Below are positions 50,801-61,669 of a stretch of DNA of 64,000 bases, in pieces. This DNA is from Mizuhopecten yessoensis (Eukaryota), in NCBI RefSeq assembly GCF_002113885.1, contig NW_018404676.1, positions 255,453 through 319,452 on the forward strand. The letters are read 5' to 3'. Positions within the stretch are counted from its first letter, which is position 1. Each line of letters starts with the position of its first letter. The notes below the pieces were generated by a model. It did no database searches and was not told where the DNA came from. It saw nothing but the letters and a program-made list of their open reading frames with translations. A program made the translations under genes and the position numbers.

Positions 50801-53800
50801 GGGACTGTTTGTTTGATCACCTGTCCCAGTTAGTGCGAAACAAAGTCATGGTAACTAAGGAAGTGGCCGCCGTGTTTGTTCCTAGTTTGGTGGCCGACTA
50901 CTCTCCGTACCAGGACAGGGTAATCAGACTGATATTTTAACCAGTACAATATCAAATAATTTTCACAACTTCAAATATTAAGAAAACAAAAGATTACATG
51001 TTTATATTGATCATAGTTCAGTACAATAATGGCTTAGTTTGAATCTTAAGGAATAATTCTTTAAATATAAAAACAGACTTTGTACATTTTTTTGTGGTAT
51101 TTCACTAATGTTTTAAATAGGCAAGATCAGATAAGCATACTTTGTTAGCCAAAAATGTAACATACTTTTTTTTTCTTTCATGTATTTTCTCCAGGCATAC
51201 AACCTTGTAATCCGCCTCCTTGAAAAGTTTGATGAGTATAGACAGGCGGAGAGTGAGGGGATGACTCCCAGAGATACCATGGACAGCATGAGGAGTAGTC
51301 TGGGAGGAGGTGAGAAGGGTTGTGGGATCAAAAATGCAGTAGTCTGGGAGGGGGTGAGACGGGTTGCGGGGTAAAAAATACAGTTGTCTGGGAGGGGGTG
51401 AGACGGGTTGTGGAGTAAAAATTACAGGAGTCAGGGAGGAGGGGAGAAGTGTTGGGTACAAATTACAAAAGTTAGGGCGGAGGTGAGAAGTATTATGGGG
51501 TAATAATCATGATAGTCTAGCTGGAGGTGAGACGGGTTGTGGAGTAAAAATTACAGTAGTCAGGGAGGAGGGGAGAAGTGTTGGGTACAAATTACAAAAG
51601 TTAGGGAGGAGGTGAGAAGTATTATGGGGTAATAATCATGATAGTCTAGCTGGAGGTGAGACGGGTTGTGGAGTAAAAATTACAGTTGTCTGGGAAGGGT
51701 GAGACGGGTTGTGGGATCAAAAATACAGTTGTCTGGTAGGGGGTGAGACGGGTTGTGGGATCAAAAATACAGTAGTCTGGGAGGGGGGGAGACGGGTTGC
51801 GGGATAAAAAATACAGTTGTCTGGGAGGGGGTGAGACGGGTTGCGGGATAAAGAATACAGTGGTCTGGGAGGGGGTGGGACGGGTTGCGGGATAAAAAAT
51901 ACAGTTTTCTGGGAGGGGGTGAGATTGGTTGTGGGATAAAAAATACAGTTGTCTGGGAAGGGTGAGACGGGGTGTGGGATCAAAAATACAGTAGGCTGGG
52001 AGGGTGTGAGACGGGTTGTGGGATCAAAAATACAGTAGTCTGGGAGGGGGTGAGACGGGTTGCGGGATAAAAAATACAGGTGTCTGGGAGGAGTTGAGAC
52101 GGGTTGTGGAGTAAAAATTACAGTAGTCAGGGTGGAGGGGAGAAGTGTTGGGTACAAATTACAAAAGTTAGGAGGAGGTGAGAAGTATTATGGGGTAATA
52201 ATCATGATAGTCTAGCTGGAGGTGAGACGGGTTGTGGAGTAAAAATTACAGTTGCCTGGGAAGGGTGAGACGGGTTGTGGGATCAAAAATACAGTTGTCT
52301 GGGAGGGGGTGAGACGGGGTGCGGGATAAAAAATACAGTTTTCTGGGAGGGGGTGAGACGGGTTGCGGGGTAAAAAATACAGTTGTCTGGGAGGAGTTGA
52401 GACGGGTTGTGGAGTAAAGATTACAGTTGTCTGGGAGGGGGTGAGACGGGGTGTGGGATCAAAAATACAGTAGGCTGGGAGGGTGTGAGACGGGTTGTGG
52501 GATCAAAAATACAGTAGTCTGGGAGGGGGTGAGACGGGGTGTGGGATCAAAAATACAGTAGTCTGGGAGGGGGTGAGACGGGTTGCGGGATAAAAAATAC
52601 AGTTTTCTGGGAGGGGGTGAGACGGGTTGTGGGATAAAAATTACAGTTGTCTGGGAGGAGGTGAGAAGGGTTGTGGGATCAAAAATGCAGTAGTCTGGGA
52701 GGGGGTGAGACGGGGTGTGGGATCAAAAATACAGTAGTCTGGGAGGGGGGGAGACGGGTTGTGGGATAAAAAATACAGTAGTCTGGGAGGGGGGGAGACG
52801 GGTTGTGGGATAAAAAATACAGTTGTCTGGGAAGGGTGAGACGGGTTGTGGGATCAAAAATACAGTTGTCTGGGAGGAGTTGAGACGGGTTGTGGAGTAA
52901 AAATTACAGTAGTCAGGGTGGAGGGGAGAAGTGTTGGGTACAAATTACAAAAGTTAGGGAGGAGGTGAGAAGTATTATGGGGTAATAATCATGATAGTCT
53001 AGGTGGAGGTGAGACGGGTTGTGGAGTAATGATTGCAGTACTGTATGCGCAGCTGTAGTGAGAAAAGTCATGACAGTCTGGGCAGAGTGTGAAAGGTTAG
53101 GACAACATTCTGGGGATACTGGTTGGTTTGTAGGTATCTCGATCAGCCCACAGGCAGTGAGCAAGAACTTTTACTTTACTATTTTAAGCCTATTTACTAA
53201 TTCAAACCCACAATGGGGATGAGAACCTTCCTTTTATTGGTGTATGGTTTATAAAATGGTTGTTACTCAAATTTTAGAAAAACAGGACTTTCTCAGCGAC
53301 AAAAGTCACTGATTATCAAAGAAGTTCTACCCAGTGATCCTTTAGCTTTGAAACAGAGATGCTGTCTTTGTTGTACATGTGTATCCAATTGTTGTGAATT
53401 GTGTTTCAGTTATTATTGGTCCAGAGGGCAAAGTACAAGGTAAATGACCAGACCAATGTGTCTGGTTTGTATGTCTAGCACGCTTGGTTAGCTGTCCATC
53501 CGCCCTTTGTACATACATATTCAGTCTCATCAGCTGATAAGCAGACACAGGAACAATACTGTGAGATTAATATGGTGCTTGACAACATGCCAAGCTTCCA
53601 CCAACTTAACTTATTTAACACAATCAGCATTGTGATCACCGAAGCTATATAACATGGCAATGAAACATCCTCAGAAACTCATTTCACTGGTCACCAACAT
53701 TTGTTTTCAATCATTTGCCGTCCATTGAGCATTCTGTTTGTTCACCCAAGGCATGTTAGCCAATTGATAACTGAAAATAGTGTTTAGATATTTTTTATAT

Positions 53801-56800
53801 ACTGTAGTACAACTGTATATGTATATCCATCTATTACCATTTTATTTTACTGTATGCTGATAGCCTTGTAAATTCCAATGATAGCAGAAATTACGGTATA
53901 TATTTAGTATTCATGTATTACTACTTGCAAAAAAGTCCTTGTATTATTGTTTAATGCATGAAATAGGTGATAGTACAGTCCTAGAAATATTGGGAAAATA
54001 ATCAGAAGTGAGAAAATGTGTCCTGTATGCTAAGGAGATAGCAACTGAAGCAAGCCATTAATTTGTTTCAACTTTGTTGATTTCATGTTGACTGTTAATT
54101 TACTAACAAGAAATTCTGTTTCAGAATAATATCACATGTTTTGTGTGTTAATGACACCCATCTTAGTGTGTTCCCAACTCTCACATTGGTACATGTTATT
54201 GTCGGAAACTCTCACATTGGTACACGTTATTGTCAGAAACTCTCACATTGGTACACGTTATGGTCGGAAACTCTCACATTGGTACACGTTATTGTCGGAA
54301 ACTCTCACATTGGTACACGTTATTGTCAGAAACTCTCACATTGGTACACGTTATTGTCGTAACTCTCACATTGGTACACGTTATTGTCGGAAACTATCAC
54401 ATTGGTACATGTTATTGTCGGAAACTATCACATTGGTACACGTTATTGTCGTAACTCTCACATTGGTACACGTTATTGTCGGAAACTCTCACATTGGTAC
54501 ACGTTATTGTCGGAAACTATCACATTGGTAGACTTTATGGTTGGAAACTCTCACATTGGTACACGTTATTGTCGGAAACTATCACATTGGTACACGTTAT
54601 GGTTGGAAACCCTCACATTGGTACACGTTATTGTCATAACTCTCACATTGGTACACGTTATTGTCAGAACCTCTCACATTGGTACACGTTATTGTCGGAA
54701 ACTATCACATTGGTACACGTTATTGTCAGAAACTCTTACATTGGTACACGTTATTGTCAGAAACTCTCACATTGGTACACGTTGTTGTCGGAAACTCTTA
54801 CATTGACATGTTATGTTCACCTCTTATTGTTGAAAGTCTCGTTTGTCCTGCTGTATGTTATCAGTTATAAGCTAATTAGCATTGAAAAAGTCTTATATAA
54901 ATTCTGATTGGAGACCTACTGTACATACGGTGATATATAAATTCTGATTGGAGACCTACTGTACATAAGGTGATATATAAATTCTGATTGGAGAACTACT
55001 GTACATACGGTGATAGACTAAATAAAGACCTACTATGCATACGGTGATAGACTAATTAGAGACCTACTGTACATATGGTGATAGACTAATTAGAGACCTA
55101 CTGTACATATGGTGATAGACTAATTAGAGACCTACTGTACATACGGTGATAGACGAATTAGAGACCTACTGTACATACGGTAATAGACTAATTACAGACC
55201 TACTGTACATACGGTGATAGACGAATTAGAGACCTACTGTACATACGGTGATATATAAATTCTGATTGGAGACCTACTGTACATAAGGTGATATATAAAT
55301 TCTGATTGGAGACCTACTGTACATACGGTGATAGACTAATTAGAGACCTACTGTACATACGGTGATAGACTAATACTCACTAATTTCAGAGATGGGAGTC
55401 ATATCTGAAAAAAATATCTGCATATGATGCAGATTTATATTGGAGAAATAATTTGGTGCCTGTGTTACCACCTTTCGGATGACTAGGCCACCTTATACAT
55501 TTAATAATTATCTCTAATAAAAAATGCTAACATACGTTAGGATCAGTTGTTCAAAGTACAAAATGTAATAGAAGTTTAGGGTGTGCTGTTTTTTTCTCTG
55601 TGCTATCAGCTAGTTATAAGCTTGGGAAATGTTTTTACTGAATGGTATTTTTATTTATGTACTTATTGCTAGACTAGGGAAAGTAGAACTACATACATTA
55701 TAGCTAGTACATACTATTTCTTGTACAAAATACCCTGGCTATGTTAACATAGACACTCAAATAGTATAGTTATATTATTTACAAAACTTAATATACAAAA
55801 TATGTCATTATTGGGTCCTGGGGATACTGAGATCATATTTGAAATGAAAATAAGCTTGAATATGATGTTTGTTTTAATGTTTGCGATGTCATGCAGGTGA
55901 GAATTACATTTTACCTGTCTTAGATCAGTGCTCTAGTTTTGTGACAGAAATCACCATGTTTTTGCCAAATATCTGATTTGTTATGCTCAATTATGTGATA
56001 ACACTTTTACTTAAAGCAATGAAATCAAAAACATGATAAATGCTGTTCCAGTTTTAAAACAATTTTAGATATATAAATACATATATTTAATATCCTAGGC
56101 TACGTTTTGGCAAAAACATCCCAAAGTGTTTCTGATAGTTTCATACATAGGCTGTTTTCACTACTGTTTAACTTATTGTATACCTACTGCATGACTTCTC
56201 CAATATGTCTGATGTCACATTTTAAAAATGTATACCATCTGAAACTGTACTCTCTAAGACATATAAACATTAATTTCAAGATTTCATTTTCAGTTTGATG
56301 TCATATTTCTTATTCTCTCTTAATTCAAATGTGTGATCTGTCCATACTGAACACTTTAGAGGTGAAATTTCTTGTTCGAAATAGACAGGTCATCACATTA
56401 CACAGGTACAATTTTACAGATTCAGTATCGACAGGTCGCACAATCCTTCTAACACTACATATACTTCATGTGTATTTTTGTCAATTTTATTTTCAGTTCT
56501 GTTTTGTGTTATTCACTTTCATTTTACTATCTGAACACACAGTCCCACCACTCAAGTTCGGCAGTTTAGTGGATAAACAATTCGGTAGCGATGATGAGAC
56601 CACCACCATGTTGACCCCGAGCGTCCCCACAGATGCCCCTAAGGTGCCCCTCAATGGTATGTCTTATGGCTATGAGTGGATTGAGAAACAGAGACACCCC
56701 AAATGTACCCTAATAATTAATGCATTATTTACTGAGAGAATTGCTTGACAAGAGAAGTATATTAACACTGATTGTATCCTGGTTTTGTTTTTGTGTTATA

Positions 56801-59800
56801 TAATATATACTGATATGTGCTACAGTAGTTGATAATCTCCTGTAGATATGTGGTCCCCTAATTTACCCTGTTGGTAATGTTACCTGACCATCCCCCATAC
56901 CTGTCACTGTATTTGGATACAGGTACACTGTATCACTCTGAAGATACAGCCTGTATCTGGGCTGACCCTGACTATATAAACAAGAGATAGCAGAACCTCG
57001 TTAATACAGCCACCTTCATGCTCAGGTCTAAATGGCAGGATAGTGACTTCATAACTGGGTCATTTATGAATAGAAGAATGAAAATTTCTCTTTCAAAACA
57101 CTGGATGGATAGTGCGACAACTGATTTCATGGTGAATTAATTGAAAATACCCAGCTGTAGAGTAGAGTCTTGTAAATCCTGCCACTGCCAATCTGGTTGT
57201 CTGGCCATTGACATTTTTACATGTACACTGCTATACTAAAGAGAAATATTCTTTTTTAAAACAATGGAAATTTAGACTTGAGTCTTTTTCATGATTCCCA
57301 GGCCAGCTGTTTTACTATCCAGCCATATCTGTCTGTGAACATGAGCGGAGTGACGAGGCTCTATTTTACCTATACTGATGTATAGCCGTCATGTCATCAT
57401 TTACACATTTCTGTACATCTAACGTCTCTTGTCAGTACCTCATCATGTCCTGTTAGTTTTCACTACCTGATCACAAAGTGCCTTTTAGTAACACTCACAT
57501 CATGTACCACTTGTTACCAGTGAAGCTCTTGTTTTCTTCCTATCAAATCACCAAGATGATTTCATAATGGACATATTTTCAGACTATGTAGAATAACCTG
57601 CACACATTTGGAATTCATGGCTACATAACGTTATGTACATGCAATTTATATATGAGAGTTGCTTATAGTTTACATACTTTTTTAAGATATTAATGTCTTT
57701 GATTATCAGTCAATTTAAAAGCATTTTACTTGAACATACATCTTATGCACAGCTTATTGATTTTTAAATTTAAAAAAATGAAGACTTGTTATGTGAACCC
57801 TTGTCCAGAATGGATAAACCTGATCAGATGAGACAGTGTTCAATAAGGAACAAAGACAGGAACAAAGAGAGGGACAAAGAGAGGGAATTCAGACTTCTTT
57901 ATTGTTTTGTTACATTGATTTGTTTGGTTTAAAAAAATCATAATTCTTATAAGCTAGATTCATGTTTTTAGTTTGAGATTAAAAAAAAAAAATGAAGTGT
58001 ATAACCCGATGTCCTACATAAGCTGGCATGAACTTACTTCTGTTATATAATCACCTGTTGTTGTGATTGATTACTACTGCCATATATCTGACTCTTTTTC
58101 ATTGTACATAATTTTATATAATACATAATTCACATTACAAAGAAAGATTTTGATTTGATATAAGTTGTTTGTATATAGTATTTATACTGTCTTAATGTCA
58201 CTGTAAAAGATATCACATCAGTACCTTTAATATGTATATTTCACAATTTACACAGCATATATTCTATAATTCAAATTTGTGATGCTCACATTTCCTCTAT
58301 TTTGAAAAATGAAGTTTCATGGACATGGAGAGACAGTAACAACAGAAATAAATATAGATATATAAATAATTGTGTTATAGAAAACTCGTAACAAAACTTA
58401 TGTATATTGGTGACACTTCGCATAAGCTCCTGCTTGTTATGAATTCTTGGTGAATGTAAGGTAAGATCAAGGTATATTATATATCTATGGTATATGAAAT
58501 GTGATTACTTGTGATAGGTATATTTGTTACTTATCTCATGGTACTGAAAGGTAAGATCAAGGTATGTTATATATCTATGGTGTATTCGTTACTTATCTCA
58601 TGGTACTGTAAGGTAAGATCAAGGTATATTATATATCTATGGTATACGAAATGTGATTACTTGTGATAGGTATATTTGTAACTTATCTCATGGTACTGTA
58701 AGGTAAGATCAAAGTATATTATATATCTATGGTATATGAAATGTGATTACTTGACATAGGTATATTTGTTAATTATCTCATGGTACTGTAAGGTAAGAAC
58801 AAGGTATGTTATATATCTATGGTGTATTTGTTACTTATCTCATGGTACTGTAAGGTAAGAACAAGGTATGTTATATATCTATGGTATATTCTTTACTTAT
58901 CTCATGGTACTGTAAGGTAAGATCAAGGTATGTTATATATCTATGGTATATTTGCTACTTATCTCATGGTACTGTAAGGTTATAAGATCAAGGTATATTA
59001 TATATCTATGGTATATTTGTTACTTATCTCATGGTACTGTTAGGTAAGATCAAGGTATGTTATATATCTGTGGTATATGAAATGTGATTACTTGTGATAG
59101 GTATATTCGTTACTTATCTCATGGTACTGTAAGGTAAGATCAAGGTATATTATGTATCTATGGTATATGAAATGTGATTACTTGTGATAGGTATATTTGT
59201 AACTTATCTCATGGTACTGTAAGGTAAGATCAAGGTATGTTATATATCTATGGTATATTCGTTACTTATCTCATGGTACTGTAAGGTAAGATCAAAGTAT
59301 ATTATATATCTATGGTATATGAAATGTGATTACTTTTGATAGGTATATTCGTTACTTATCTCATGGCTTTTGGTGATGATTCTGTGAATATTCAACTAGA
59401 TAACAATCCCCACTTCATTCCATTCTACTTGCTATTTTCTTCTATGTAAAAGTAAAGAACTCTAACTTGGTTTGAATTTGAAATATATTTTTCCTATTTA
59501 CTACAACAGAAACTTGTTCAAACACCATTCTTCTGTTCCATTGCCTTTATACAGGCAGAAGATGTTTTCCAAATGCAAATCGGTAGGTTGGTGGTTTTTT
59601 GTGTCGTCTGCGAAAAAGCTGGTGACACATATGTATTGCTATGTCTGCATCGTCCGAACAGAGGTTTTTGTGAGATAACTTGAGTTTCCTTGGGCCGATC
59701 AAACTCAAACTTCATGCAGTGCTTCCTTACCAAAAGTGCTTGCTTGGGATTGCTTTTTAGTTCAGAAGGTCAAAGGTCAAGGTCACTGTTTCTATAAATA

Positions 59801-61603
59801 GAAAATCTGTTTTCGGGCGATAACTTGAGTTTCCTTGGGCCGATCAAACTGGAACTTCATGCATTGCTAAGCACAATCTCCCAGCTTCCTGCGCAGGCGA
59901 CACATCCACTTCCGTGGAATTCTTGTTCTCTGGAAAGTCTGGCGTTCCTCTACCACCAAAACCTGGCACGTCCTTAAATGACCATAGCTGTTAATAGGAC
60001 GTAGAACACAAACAAATAAACCAAACCAAAAGCAACTTTTTTTTGAGATTCACTTTTATTTGGCAGTTTTTCTGGGACAACATGGCAAGCATACTGGTAC
60101 TTAAATGAGGTAAAACTTATAAAGTTCTGTTGAATATCTATTGAGTTACTCCCCAGAAGCTGTTCCATGAGGAAGATATTGCATGTAAACACTCTAGTAT
60201 TAATGTATTGTATACCTATACACAGAGACAGCAGCCTACCGTAACATGTTGTCGGGAACCATGTCATCACAGAACAGACAACAAGCCCATGTCGATGATG
60301 AGGATACAGATGATGATGTGGAAAAACAGTTTGCATCAGCCCTGTCTCCTCGAGACCCTCCCAGGTAGGCTCCAGTCACGTGTGCTAACTGTAGTAGCTG
60401 TACCTAGTTCTAACTTCTCATCAACTGTTCTTCTTTTCATGGTGTGACATAAAACCATTTCCATACTAACATCAGTGACTCCTCACTGTTTCATCTTTTC
60501 TCTATAGCTATTCAGGCATTTACAAGGAAAGACACTTTTTGGCTATGGGGAGGTTAGTTAGTGTTTGGTACATCAAAATTTCATATGATTCATCAATATA
60601 GATATAGTCAATAAATAGACATTTGTATGAATAATGCATTAAGTACAGTATTGACTGATAATGTAATCAGATTGTCTCACATATATCAAGACACAAAGAT
60701 ATAGTGCTGTTTTGGGTAAAATTCAGGACATCACATTTTTTTTTGTTTTTTTTTTATAATTTTTTGAATTGAATACATGTACCTTCATTTGACTTTCAAA
60801 ATCATTCAGGCAGATTTGCTTTAGATACTTGTTTGCTCTTTTGAAAAAAACCTATTTTATTTAAGTAATACTGTAGTGTAATGATAACATGCAAGTTCAT
60901 GTGACTAATTGATCATGATATTTTCAAACATCTGTTTGTAGAATGGTATTTTGTATAAATAATTATCTCATTGTCCTGGACTGTTATTGTTCTTTTTCCT
61001 TGTCTAAATGATATTTAAGATGGTAGCTATAGTATAACTGATACATGTTTTCCAATCTTCATATCAATGGTTATGGATGCAACTTCTTTTGATTAATATA
61101 ATTAGGTCTTTGTTTCTAGGACTATATAACCTGTATAACATCTGTAGTCAGATGTTGGAGAGAATACTAACCTAGTATGTAGTGGCGATTGTAACAACAT
61201 GCTGAGGTCTCAACTATTGTCAAACTGAAAAACTTCATTTTTTTTTTCTTTTTCATTTTTTTTTAAAGCCAACATACCATATTAACATTTTTGTTCATTC
61301 AACCTTTCCTGTTTCCACCGCCTTGACTTTTTAAAATGAAAATATCACAAAAGAAAATGTCAACTGTTCATGATATTTGGATTGACAATTGTGTACATCA
61401 GCATGTTAGGAGAAGAAAAGCCACCATTCTTCTGTTATGTAAACTGCACAGTGTGTCTTACTTTCCAGCACTATACCACCTCCTAAAAGTTTTGCTAACC
61501 CCACTGACTCCAAACCTGACAATCAGGCGGAGCCTCTTTCTGAACTCAGTACACCAACTCAGCCAAGTCCGGTTTATGTTCCAACTGCAGTGCAGAAACA
61601 GAG
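41855..61603 (+). CDS. KIZ: Centrosomal protein kizuna (PLK1 substrate 1); 3' end beyond the window
   Basis: Phase-consistent exons: 41855-41919, 44128-44190, 46989-47151, 47327-47701, 47894-48176, 49018-49252, 49405-49551, 50099-50263, 50769-50919, 51195-51309, 56543-56656, 60226-60364, (60508-60552 optional), 61469-61603; possible next acceptor at 63996. The N-terminus YYQRQKENQDVIHNHESKRANLEQQL..AKLRAAKLKTYWKKICDDQKRAQERNDRIVQEFERI matches the kizuna coiled coil; LWDCLFDHL..VFVPSL and ETAAYRNML match its C-terminal blocks. Confidence 0.9.
42280..42735 (-). mobile_element. 5'-truncated LINE (CR1/L2 group) 3' fragment in KIZ intron 1
   Basis: AYKSLVRSILEYSCTIWDPY..LEKVQRSTARF..SSVTEMMDTL and, in another frame, SFFPRTTTEWNNLP. 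Confidence 0.8.
42807..42963. mobile_element. Palindromic foldback/MITE remnant
   Basis: acacaggtgctcgggttctggaatatatgtgatata...aataaatcat|atgatttatt...tatatcacatatattccagaacctgggcacctgtgt folds into one hairpin with no spacer. Confidence 0.8.
45070..45250. repeat. Decayed ~32-bp minisatellite
   Basis: Recurring gggatgtcaacaagggtttacaaaggga. Confidence 0.65.
45390..45533. repeat. 72-bp direct tandem duplication
   Basis: atcaagaattgaattggagaagg...tttactgtgacg at 45390 and 45462. Confidence 0.9.
48140..48563 (+). repeat. 41-bp tandem array (10 copies) made of the KIZ exon 5 3' end plus its splice donor
   Basis: Unit gtcaacaagtgcacaaaccagtgccagagtctccag|gtaag; ctccag at 48171, 48212, 48252 ... 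48537. The last copy has lost the GT. Confidence 0.95.
48682..48848. mobile_element. Short MITE-like repeat (inverted relative to 4489-4660)
   Basis: Ends gccccctccaggattatccctg; homologous to 4489-4660. Confidence 0.65.
51294..53030 (+). repeat. 44-bp G-rich tandem array (~39 units, with a ~130-bp higher-order variant) seeded at the KIZ exon 10 donor
   Basis: Unit agtagtctgggaggag|gtgagaagggttgtgggatcaaaaatgc; the first unit overlaps the exon end at 51309. Confidence 0.95.
54176..54806. repeat. 30/31-bp minisatellite (~20 copies)
   Basis: Unit aactctcacattggtacacgttattgtcgga. Confidence 0.95.
54894..55374. repeat. 34/40-bp minisatellite (~13 copies)
   Basis: Units gagacctactgtacatacggtgatagactaatta and gagacctactgtacatacggtgatatataaattctgattg. 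Confidence 0.95.
58455..59366 (+). repeat. 62/90-bp composite minisatellite (~12 units), almost every unit with AAG|GTAAGA
   Basis: taaggtaagatcaaggtatattatatatctatggtat[atgaaatgtgattacttgtgataggtat]atttgttacttatctcatggtactg. Confidence 0.93.
59598..59927. mobile_element. HINE/Helentron-like element
   Basis: T-rich start tttttgtgtcgtctgcg, internal duplicated gataacttgagtttccttgggccgatcaaact, end gcaggcgacaca-tccacttccgtgga-attcttgtt (subterminal IR plus hairpin). Confidence 0.7.
59930..60030 (+). mobile_element. SINE 3' part
   Basis: ttcctctaccaccaaaacctggcacgtccttaaatgaccatagctgttaataggacgt followed by an (aaac)n tail. Confidence 0.6.
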
Positions 61604-61669
61604 GTAATAAAATATAAAGTTTTTTTTTTTTTAAAGATATTGGAAAGACGGAATGTATCTACAAATGAG

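Noticed and set aside
54136-54907. Repetitive ORFs, and a possible donor array (TTG|GTACAC) after tttcag at 54125
   Set aside because: The ORFs come from the 30/31-bp minisatellite. The donor is weak and the putative exon stops at once, so there is not enough support to count it among the donor arrays.
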